A stretch of 64,000 bases of DNA from Candidatus Saccharicenans subterraneus (GTDB lineage: Bacteria; Acidobacteriota; Aminicenantia; Aminicenantales; Saccharicenantaceae): NCBI GenBank assembly GCA_003426165.1, contig QUAH01000008.1, positions 23,681-87,680 of the forward strand, given 5' to 3'. Each line of letters starts with the position of its first letter. The stretch's first letter is position 1. Under the pieces are notes generated by a model. The model was not told where the DNA came from and searched no databases. It saw nothing but the letters and a program-made list of their open reading frames with translations. A program made the position numbers and the translations under genes. This document shows positions 40,833 through 49,250 of this stretch, piece after piece.

Positions 40833-41798
40833 GTGGCCACCAGAAAACAGACCGGAAAAAAGAAAACCTACCGGGCCGGTTATGTGGCCCTGATTGGCCG
40901 GCCCAACGTGGGCAAGTCCACCCTGGTCAACAACCTGATCGGCCAGAAGATAGCCATCGTTTCCGACAAGCCGCAGACCACCCGGGTCAGCCTTCTGGGC
41001 ATAAAAACCACCGACCGTGGCCAGATTATCTTCGTCGACAACCCCGGGGTGCACAAGCCCCTGCACCTGATGAACCGGAGGATGATGAATTACGTCCATT
41101 CCTCGCTGGAAACGGCCGACCTGCTGTTGCTGATGATCGATGCCAGCAAGAAGTTCGGGCACGGCGACCAGTACGTCCTGGATATCCTGAAAAACGTCAC
41201 CCGGCCGATCTTCCTGCTGATCAACAAGGTGGACCTGGTCAAGAAGGAAAACATACTGCTGATCATAGACAGCTACAAGGACCTGCTGCCGTTTAAAGAA
41301 ATCGTGCCCATCTCTGCCCTCAAGGGTGATAACCTCGACCGGCTGGAAAACCTGATCTACGAATACCTTCCGGTGGCTGATAAAATTTATGACGAGGACG
41401 AAGTCACCGACCAGTCCGAAAAATTCCTGCTGTCGGAAATAATCCGCGAGAAACTCCTCCACCACGTCGAGGAAGAGCTCCCCTACACCACGGCCGTGGT
41501 TATCCGCTCCATGGAGAGGACCGAGCTTGCGGAGAAACCGGCCAGCGGGCACCGACCCGCTAGGCCGGCCCGTCCCCTGGTCCGGGTCCAGGCTGAAATC
41601 CTGGTGGAAAAGGAAAATCACAAGGGGATAATAATCGGCCGCAAGGGCAGCCTGATCAAGGCCATCGGCAGCGAAGCCCGGAAGGAGATGGAAGAAATCC
41701 TGGAGAGCCAGGTCTTCCTGGAACTGAGCGTCCGGGTCCGGGAAAAGTGGCGGGATTCCGAAGAAATTCTCGACCTGATCGAAGAACAGAAGGGTTGA
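40833..41798 (+). CDS. era: GTPase Era
   Basis: GRPNVGKST, KPQTTR, DNPG, NKVD, EELPY, KH domain IIGRKG. Confidence 0.97.
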   Translation: MATRKQTGKKKTYRAGYVALIGRPNVGKSTLVNNLIGQKIAIVSDKPQTTRVSLLGIKTTDRGQIIFVDNPGVHKPLHLMNRRMMNYVHSSLETADLLLLMIDASKKFGHGDQYVLDILKNVTRPIFLLINKVDLVKKENILLIIDSYKDLLPFKEIVPISALKGDNLDRLENLIYEYLPVADKIYDEDEVTDQSEKFLLSEIIREKLLHHVEEELPYTTAVVIRSMERTELAEKPASGHRPARPARPLVRVQAEILVEKENHKGIIIGRKGSLIKAIGSEARKEMEEILESQVFLELSVRVREKWRDSEEILDLIEEQKG

Positions 41799-41984
41799 GC
41801 CAGGCCGGAGCGGGTCTGGCAAATTAGCCTCAGCCCGGCAATTTCAATAGTTATTTTTATTTTTATATTTTTTTGCCGGACCCGTTGTCTTCCTCCTTGT
41901 CTTACAACGGGTGATAATAACGCGGAACTCCACCCGGAGAGTACTTTCGTACCTTCTGGAAGGACAGAGCGCCTGTCAGGCCGG

Positions 41985-42013
41985 TTGACAAGCCGGGTAT
42001 TTGATGAGAAAAT
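41985..42013 (+). promoter_or_regulatory. Putative promoter for tRNA-His
   Basis: TTGACA-17 nt-GAAAAT with TG extension. Confidence 0.5.
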
Positions 42014-42027
42014 TCTAATCCCCTCGC

Positions 42028-42104
42028 GGTGAGTGTAGCTCAAGGGTTAGAGCACCGGACTGTGGATCCGGTGGTTGGGGGTTCGAATCCCCTCACTCAC
42101 CCCA
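42028..42104 (+). tRNA. tRNA-His (GTG), encoded G-1 and CCA
   Basis: Acceptor GTGAGTG/CACTCAC, anticodon stem CCGGA/TCCGG with loop CTGTGGA, GGTTCGAATCC, discriminator C + CCA. Confidence 0.97.
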
Positions 42105-42111
42105 TTTCCCC

Positions 42112-42753
42112 TTAAAATGAAACGCTAGCCAGAACGGTCAGGCTGTTGTTTTTTATATAGTCCACTTCAAAACCTGACAGGGCCACGCTGGACAGGCCCA
42201 GGTGGTAACGTCCCTCCAGGCAGAATTTGGCCAGGCCCGCCCTGAATTCAAAACCCCCGCCAAAAACAGCCGCCAGTTCCCCCTTCTTGAAATAATCCCG
42301 GGAATCCACCCGGGCCATCTCCGCCCCTTCTGTATCATAAATGACCGTGGCAGCCCGGCTCAGGTAGCCATAGGACGGCCCGGCAAAAATGAAAGGCCGG
42401 GTTGGGCCTAACCTGATAATAGACCACTTCAGCAGAAGAATGGCTTCCAGGTAGTCATGATGCCACTGGACGTTGTAGAAGCCGTCATCTATGTAAGCTT
42501 CATACTGGGTCCCGCGCCTGGCGTACATGAATTCCGGCTGGATGGCTAACGGCCCGAAGTTAATTGAAAAAAATATCCCGCCGGTCAGGCCCCGGAGCAT
42601 TTTGAATTCAGCCACGTCAATCGGCTTGGGTGACACCGAGATATTGGCCAGGTTTAATCCTCCCTTAACCCCGAACGAAATCCGCCCGGCCCGGGCCTGA
42701 CTGTACGATAAGATGACAAGAATGAGAAGAAAAGCCGGCAGTAACTTTCTCAA
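42112..42753 (-). CDS. Outer-membrane beta-barrel (porin family) protein
   Basis: Signal peptide, FGVKGGLN, IQPEFMY, FAGPSYG, EGRYHLGL, C-terminal Phe. Confidence 0.8.
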   Translation of the reverse strand: MRKLLPAFLLILVILSYSQARAGRISFGVKGGLNLANISVSPKPIDVAEFKMLRGLTGGIFFSINFGPLAIQPEFMYARRGTQYEAYIDDGFYNVQWHHDYLEAILLLKWSIIRLGPTRPFIFAGPSYGYLSRAATVIYDTEGAEMARVDSRDYFKKGELAAVFGGGFEFRAGLAKFCLEGRYHLGLSSVALSGFEVDYIKNNSLTVLASVSF

Positions 42754-42913
42754 GGAAACCCTCCTTAATTCTGCGGCTATTATATCATAACCGGGAGGGG
42801 TCTTTCATCAATCTTGTTTCACGGCCAGCCCGGTGGAGCCGGGATTTAGCAGGGCCAGCGAGCTTCCGGGCCCTTATCTGATTATAAACTCATTCCGCAA
42901 ACCATGGCCGCAA

Positions 42914-44581
42914 TCAATCTTTGGGTTTCTTAACACTTTTAACCTCGACTTCCCCCGAAAACTCGACCGGTTTTCTGGCCAGGCTGAGATCGTTTGCGTC
43001 GAGGAAAATTTCCCGGGTGTCCCGACCCTCAACCTTCAAGAATATCGAAGTCTCGGGTAACGCCCGGCAATTCCTGACGACGGCTCTCTGTACCTGGTTA
43101 AGGACCAGGGCCGCCCCGGACCGGTCACTTATCTTCGCCTGGCGTGCCCTGAGATTTTCCACCTCCAGGTCCTGGACATTCTCCACCAAGACCGCGTTCT
43201 CCCATTTCTGGTATTCCGGCTCCTCCCAGGTTATCTCCACGTTTCTGAGGCTAAAATTTCTGGCCTGCCGGACCTCCAGGGCATTGACCGCCTTATCATA
43301 TGGAGCCTCGGGATTATGGGAAATGGCCAGCCTGAGGTTTTCTATGGTCACCTCTTCCAGCGGACTTTCCGGGTGGCCGGTAATCTGGCTTGAGCCCTGG
43401 CCCCTGGCCATTACGTTACTTATCAAGACCCTGCGGATTTTTCCCGCCGGGCGGTCATCCTCCTTTTTCCAGTTTCTGTGCACCTCGCTCCTTTTCTTAA
43501 CGTTAAAATGAATCGGCTCCCCGTCTCCCCACCAGAACCAGTCATGCCGCCTGGTCTCTATGACCAGGTTGGAGATGACCACATCCTCCACCACCCCGCC
43601 ATCAAAGACCATGAAGGACAGGCCGCGGTTGGAATCAGTGATAACACAGTTGCTGATGGTTACTTTCCTGATGGCATTCATGTTGCCGTCGCAGAACTTG
43701 ATGGCGCTGGAGGCTGACGACAGCCGGCAGTTGGTCACGGTGATGTTCTCGCAGGGCAGGGCCGGGCCGAACCAGTTCATCGAATAAAAAACCAGGGCAT
43801 CATCACCGGTCTCGATCGTGGAATTGGCAATGCGGACATCCCGGCAGCCGTCGGGGTCTATCCCGTCGGCCCAGACCCCCTCCTTGAGGCTGGAGCGAAT
43901 GTAGACCGAGTCGATGGTCAGCCGTTCGCAACCGTAGGGATGAATGGTCCAGCTCGGCGAATCTATGAAAGATAGGCCCCTGATGAGGACATCGCGGCAC
44001 CTGAGCAGCAGGACCAGCTTCCCGTACTGGTCGTTCCTGGGAAAGGAGCGAACAAGGGGCCTACCGAGCTTTTCCATCTCCAGCTGGTTGGGGTAGATAA
44101 AGTCGTCGTGAAAATCGCCCTTCTCCCGCCACTCGTAGCCGGCCTGGCCGTCGACCACGCCCCGCCCTTCCAGGGTGATGTTGACCAGGTCTTCACCGTA
44201 AAAAAGGGCGTCCCGGTCAAAGGCAGATTTATCCTTGATAGAATAAACGGTGGCCCCGGCCTCGATGAAAATCCTGACGTGGCTTCTCAGGTGGATGGTG
44301 CCGGTGCTGTAATCGCCCGGCGGAAAATACACCAGGCCACCCCCGGCCGCGGCACAGGCCTCTATGGCCTTCTGGATAGCCTGGCGGGCGTTCTGAGCTT
44401 TTTCCCCGGTAGCCCCATAATCCCTGACGTTGAAAACCGGTCCCAGCTCCTGGCCTGAAATCGGACCGGCTCCGGCCGATATGGACAAGACAAGGAAAGA
44501 CAGAACAACAGAAGTCACAAGTCGAATTTTTTTCAGGTTTGATTCTACGAGCATGCTCTCCTCCTCTCCGGCTGTATCCAT
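42914..44581 (-). CDS. Secreted GH28-like / pectin-lyase-fold beta-helix glycoside hydrolase
   Basis: FNVRDYGA, AIQKAIEAC..GGGLVYFPPGDY, SPSWTIH, DGID, GDD; start may be downstream (ATG near 44554). Confidence 0.8.
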   Translation of the reverse strand: MDTAGEEESMLVESNLKKIRLVTSVVLSFLVLSISAGAGPISGQELGPVFNVRDYGATGEKAQNARQAIQKAIEACAAAGGGLVYFPPGDYSTGTIHLRSHVRIFIEAGATVYSIKDKSAFDRDALFYGEDLVNITLEGRGVVDGQAGYEWREKGDFHDDFIYPNQLEMEKLGRPLVRSFPRNDQYGKLVLLLRCRDVLIRGLSFIDSPSWTIHPYGCERLTIDSVYIRSSLKEGVWADGIDPDGCRDVRIANSTIETGDDALVFYSMNWFGPALPCENITVTNCRLSSASSAIKFCDGNMNAIRKVTISNCVITDSNRGLSFMVFDGGVVEDVVISNLVIETRRHDWFWWGDGEPIHFNVKKRSEVHRNWKKEDDRPAGKIRRVLISNVMARGQGSSQITGHPESPLEEVTIENLRLAISHNPEAPYDKAVNALEVRQARNFSLRNVEITWEEPEYQKWENAVLVENVQDLEVENLRARQAKISDRSGAALVLNQVQRAVVRNCRALPETSIFLKVEGRDTREIFLDANDLSLARKPVEFSGEVEVKSVKKPKD

Positions 44582-44870
44582 TTTATTTTATTCCCCCGCA
44601 CGGCAACAGAAAATTCTATTTCCCGCACAAAATCAATGGCAGTCAAAGAGTTGACTCCAGTAAAAATCCTGGCTTATAAGTGCGAATGATTTCCGGAAGA
44701 AAAATATTCCAGGTTCACTATTGCGCCAAAATGATTCTGTCTTAAAAGCGAGCGCCCAGGTTGCGGCTGGTTCCCCGGGACCAGAATTCTTCCTCAGCAC
44801 CAAAACAAATTATGGCTTGACCGCCAGCCGGCCGGGTGGTATGAAAAGAACACAGAGAAAGGAGAGAGCC

Positions 44871-46322
44871 ATGAAAGATTCTTGCCAGAACTTTCCCGGT
44901 AAACCCTCATCCTTCAGCCGGCGGCAATTCCTCGGAACCTGCCTGGCCGGCTCAGCCTCGGTTCTCCTGCTTAAAAAGAAGCTGGTGGCCAGCCTGAACC
45001 GAGCCGCCGGGGCTGAGACTGAACCTGCCGGCCGACCCAGAATCCGGCTGGTTTTCTCTCACATCCCACCCGACAGGCCCACCTGGCCTAATATCGGCTA
45101 CGATTATGAGGGCCGTAAGAAGGAACTCACGGCCAAGTTAATTAAAGCCCTGCCCGACATAGAATTTCTCCCGGTAACCGTCCAGTCCCAGAAAGAAGCC
45201 GAAAACCTGCTGACAAACGACCGCGGGATTGATGGTTATGTCATCTACCTGGTCGGTATCTGGACCGGAGCGGCCGGGGTGATTGCCGCCTCGGGCCGAC
45301 CGACCATCCTGGTGGATGACCTGTATGCCGGCTCGGGCGAGTTCCTGATTCAGTACGCGGCCTCCAGGCGGGCCGGACACCGGGTGGCCGGGGTGACCTC
45401 GTCCAGGTTCGAAGACGCGGTCGAAGCCATCGGCTGTTTTTCAGCCATCAAGAAAATGCAGCAGAGCCGGATACTGGACGTGACCGACAGCCCCGGCTTC
45501 TGGGGAAACCCCCAGAAAATAAAAGAATTCTTCGGTACCGAGGTCATCAAAATTGGCTCGGCTGAAATCAACGAAGCCTACCGCCGGGCTGACCGGGCCC
45601 AGGCCGAAAGGTGGGCCCGGACCTGGATAAAAAATGCCGAGAAGGTGGTGGAGCCTTCAGAAGAAGAAATAAAGAAATCGGGCCTGATGTACGTGGCCAT
45701 GCAGGACCTGATGCGCGCCCACCGGGCCCGGGCCATAACTGTCGATTGCCTGAATCTTTTTTACACCGGGAAACTCCCGGCCTACCCCTGCCTCGGTTTC
45801 TGCCAGCTCAACGACGACGGCCTGGTCGGGGCCTGCGAAGGTGATGTTCCTTCCACCACCATGATGCTGCTGGCCGGATACCTGGCCGGCCGACCCGGCT
45901 ATATTTCTGACCCTGTCATTGATACTTCCCAGAATAAGATCATCTACGCTCACTGCGTTGCCCCCACCAGGGTTTTTGGTCCGGCTGGCCCGGCCAATCC
46001 CTACCGCATCCGGAACCACTCGGAGGACCGGAAAGGGGCAGCCATCCAGTCCCTCCTCCCGGCTGGTGAACTGGTCACCTCCTTCGAGCTCAACTCTGAA
46101 ACCGGGGAAATCGTTCTTCACCAGGCGGTAACCACCGGCAACGTGGAAGAAGATAAAGCCTGCCGGACAAAACTGGCGGCCGAGCCGGCCGGCAACATCG
46201 ACCGGCTCCTGGGCGAGTGGGACCGCTTCGGCTGGCACCGGGTAACCGTCTACGGCGACCTGAAGAAAAAACTGGAAGTGGTCAGCAGCCTGCTGGGAAT
46301 GAAGATAGTAGAAGAAGCCTGA
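44871..46322 (+). CDS. Tat-signal protein of the L-fucose/L-arabinose isomerase-like family
   Basis: SRRQFL twin-arginine motif; PCL, ACEGD, AHC, CRTK motifs; AAGGAG before ATG 44871. Confidence 0.7.
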   Translation: MKDSCQNFPGKPSSFSRRQFLGTCLAGSASVLLLKKKLVASLNRAAGAETEPAGRPRIRLVFSHIPPDRPTWPNIGYDYEGRKKELTAKLIKALPDIEFLPVTVQSQKEAENLLTNDRGIDGYVIYLVGIWTGAAGVIAASGRPTILVDDLYAGSGEFLIQYAASRRAGHRVAGVTSSRFEDAVEAIGCFSAIKKMQQSRILDVTDSPGFWGNPQKIKEFFGTEVIKIGSAEINEAYRRADRAQAERWARTWIKNAEKVVEPSEEEIKKSGLMYVAMQDLMRAHRARAITVDCLNLFYTGKLPAYPCLGFCQLNDDGLVGACEGDVPSTTMMLLAGYLAGRPGYISDPVIDTSQNKIIYAHCVAPTRVFGPAGPANPYRIRNHSEDRKGAAIQSLLPAGELVTSFELNSETGEIVLHQAVTTGNVEEDKACRTKLAAEPAGNIDRLLGEWDRFGWHRVTVYGDLKKKLEVVSSLLGMKIVEEA

Positions 46323-46362
46323 AATAAAAATAAGAAGGTATTAGATAGAAGTATAGAGGAGG

Positions 46363-49008
46363 ATGAAAATGAACATAAAGTCAGGGCGGAAGGCCAGGAA
46401 ATTTTCTTATGGACTGAATATCAAACGCCGGTTTGGCCTGCTTCTCCTTTTCTTATCCTTAATTGTTTCGGCTCTCTCAGTCTACCCCGTTGCCGCCGCC
46501 ACGGGCCAAGAAAAAATAACCGCGCCGGAAGCTTTCTTCGGATTTCAGCTCGGAGCCGACCGGAAAATCGCCCGCTGGGACAGGATTGTTGAATACTTCA
46601 CCCTGCTGGAAAAAGAAAGCCCCAGGATCAAGGTCATCAACATGGGTCCGACCACCATGGGCCACCCCTTCCTGCTGGTCATCATTTCTTCGCCCGAAAA
46701 CCTGGCCAACCTGGAAAGAATAAAGGAAATCAACCGCAAAATCTCCGACCCCAGGCAGGTTCCGCCCGAAGAAATACCGCTGCTCATCAGCCAGGGCAGG
46801 GCCATAGTCTGCCAGTCGATGAGCCTTCACGCCGACGAAATCGGCGGCACCCAGATGTCCCCGGAGCTGGCTTACGACCTTCTTTCCAGGAACGACGCCG
46901 AAACCCTGAGGATCCTGGAAAATGTTGTCTTCCTGCTCATCCCCAGCTTCAACCCGGACGGCCAGATAATGGTCACCGACTGGTACTATAAGACCCTGGG
47001 CACCGAGTACGAGGGTACTTCCCCGCCCTACCTCTACCACAGGTATGCCGGTCACGACAACAACCGCGACGGTGACTTTCTCAACCTCCAGGAATCAACT
47101 TACGCCGCCCGTATTCTCTACCAGGAATGGAAGCCGCAGGCCTACGTGGACCACCACCACATGGGAAGCTACGGGGCCCGGCTTTACGTTCCTCCCTACT
47201 GCGACCCGATTCGTCCCTATGCCGACCCGCTCCTGTGGCGCGAGCTGTCCTGGTTCGGGGGCCACATCGCCTACCGGCTGGAAGAAGCCGGGAAAACCGG
47301 GATCATCAACGACGCCATGTTTCCGGGCTGGGGCCATTTCGGCTGGCACTGGATAACTCCCTTTCATAATATCGTCGGCATGCTGACCGAATCGGCCAGC
47401 GCCCGCATCGCCAGCCCGCTGTTCATCCAGCCAGACCAGCTCCAGGGAGAGTCCCTGCAATTCCCGGCCTACGAAGCCCAGAGCAACTTCCCCCATCCCT
47501 GGGAAGGCGGCTGGTGGCGCCTGCGGGATATCGTTGAGCAGCAGAAAATCTCGGCCTGGGCCGTCCTGGACCTGGCTGCCCGCCACCGAGAAACCCTTCT
47601 TTATAATGCTTACCTTAAAGCGGCCAGGCAGACCGAGCGCGGGGCCAGCGAAAAACCCCGGGCTTTTCTCATCCCGGCCGAACAGCACGACCGGCTGACT
47701 GCTGTCAAACTGGTCAACACCCTGCTCCAGAGCGGAATAGAAATCCATCGCCTGGCTTCAGAACTCCAAGTTAATGGAGTTATCTACCCGGCCGGTTCCT
47801 TCCTGGTCTCCCTGGCCCAGCCCAAGAGAGGCCTGATCATGAACCTGCTGGGCCGGACGCTATATCCTGATAATTACTGGACCCGTTCCCGGGACGGCAA
47901 TCCGCAGCGCCCCTACGACCTGGCCACCCATACCATGGCCGAGTTCATGGGAGTCAGGGTTGACCCGCTGGATGACCTGCCGGAAGCCAGGCTGGAGCTC
48001 GTGGCCGATTCGGTCAAGGTCAGCGGACAGGTCCGGGCCGGGGCGGCCGGGTACCGGCTGGACGGCCGCCTTAACGATTCGTTCACCGCCGTCAGCCTGC
48101 TCCTGGATAATAAAATCCAGGTACTCAGGTCTGACCTGAAAACCGAGGAACTCAACCCTGGAGACTTCATGGTTGCCCAGGCCCCCGCTCAGGTGCTGGA
48201 GTCCATTGCTGCCAGAACCGGGGTCGATTTCGAACCGCTTAACTCGCTGCCGGCTGAAGGCACCCACCGGGTACGCCGTCTCCGGGTGGGACTTTACCAG
48301 CGCTATTACACCGGGAACATGGAAGAGGGCTGGACCAGGTTGCTCCTGGAAAAATTCGATCTTCCCTATGTCACCATCATGGACGCCGACATCAAGAGCG
48401 GTCAGCTGGCCAAAAAAATTGACCTGCTCATCCTCCCGGCCGATTCGACGGCCATGATCATGGGCGAAGGACAGGAACCTTCCTCCAGGCGCCGGGCCAA
48501 CTACCCGCCGGAGTACCGAAGCGGCCTGGGACAGGATGGCCTGGACAGGCTGAAAGAATTCATCAACCGTGGTGGGGTGCTGGTCTGCCTGGGAGCGGCC
48601 GGCAATTTTGCCGTGGAAAAACTCGGCCTTCGCCTGAGAAACGTGGTGGCCGAGGCTGATCCAAAAGAATTCTTCTGCCCCGGTTCTACCCTGAAAGCAT
48701 CCATCGACAACCTCAACCCCCTGGCCTACGGTCTTCCGGAAAAAGGCCTGGTCCTGTTTTTCAGCAGCCCGGCCTATGAAATCCTGCCCGGAAACGACAG
48801 CGAAAAATACCGGGTGGTCGTTCGTTATGCCGAGCGGGAGCTTCTCCAGAGTGGCTGGCTGGTCGGCGAGCAATACTTAAGCAAGAAGGCAGCCATGGTG
48901 GAAGCGGCTTACGGGCAGGGCCAGATAATCTTAATAGGACTCCGGGCCCAGCACCGGGCCCAGACCCACGGGACATTCAAGCTGCTGTTCAACACCTTTA
49001 TCCGCTGA
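46363..49008 (+). CDS. Secreted M14 zinc carboxypeptidase family protein with C-terminal GATase-like domain
   Basis: SLHADE (HxxE), NPDG, HDNNRD, DHHHMG, EGWTRLLLE. Confidence 0.85.
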   Translation: MKMNIKSGRKARKFSYGLNIKRRFGLLLLFLSLIVSALSVYPVAAATGQEKITAPEAFFGFQLGADRKIARWDRIVEYFTLLEKESPRIKVINMGPTTMGHPFLLVIISSPENLANLERIKEINRKISDPRQVPPEEIPLLISQGRAIVCQSMSLHADEIGGTQMSPELAYDLLSRNDAETLRILENVVFLLIPSFNPDGQIMVTDWYYKTLGTEYEGTSPPYLYHRYAGHDNNRDGDFLNLQESTYAARILYQEWKPQAYVDHHHMGSYGARLYVPPYCDPIRPYADPLLWRELSWFGGHIAYRLEEAGKTGIINDAMFPGWGHFGWHWITPFHNIVGMLTESASARIASPLFIQPDQLQGESLQFPAYEAQSNFPHPWEGGWWRLRDIVEQQKISAWAVLDLAARHRETLLYNAYLKAARQTERGASEKPRAFLIPAEQHDRLTAVKLVNTLLQSGIEIHRLASELQVNGVIYPAGSFLVSLAQPKRGLIMNLLGRTLYPDNYWTRSRDGNPQRPYDLATHTMAEFMGVRVDPLDDLPEARLELVADSVKVSGQVRAGAAGYRLDGRLNDSFTAVSLLLDNKIQVLRSDLKTEELNPGDFMVAQAPAQVLESIAARTGVDFEPLNSLPAEGTHRVRRLRVGLYQRYYTGNMEEGWTRLLLEKFDLPYVTIMDADIKSGQLAKKIDLLILPADSTAMIMGEGQEPSSRRRANYPPEYRSGLGQDGLDRLKEFINRGGVLVCLGAAGNFAVEKLGLRLRNVVAEADPKEFFCPGSTLKASIDNLNPLAYGLPEKGLVLFFSSPAYEILPGNDSEKYRVVVRYAERELLQSGWLVGEQYLSKKAAMVEAAYGQGQIILIGLRAQHRAQTHGTFKLLFNTFIR

Positions 49009-49209
49009 CAGAAGATGCAACCAAAGGATTGACCAAAGATATCGCACAATCAAATGGGGGTAGTAAAGCCCGAAGAGTAGAAAAAGGCAGATTTTAAGAA
49101 ACCAAAAATAATCTTGAACCGACTGACCAGGCCCAACAATGGCACATGAGAAATTATTAATTTAACTCTGGCTGCCTTTCAGCCCGGTCTTAAATTTATT
49201 TAACCGTGG

Positions 49210-49230
49210 TGACAGGGCCCTTCCCTGTCA
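49210..49230. terminator. Hairpin between convergent genes
   Basis: TGACAGGG-ccctt-CCCTGTCA perfect 8-bp stem. Confidence 0.5.
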
Positions 49231-49250
49231 TCCAGAGCCCTATACCAGGT

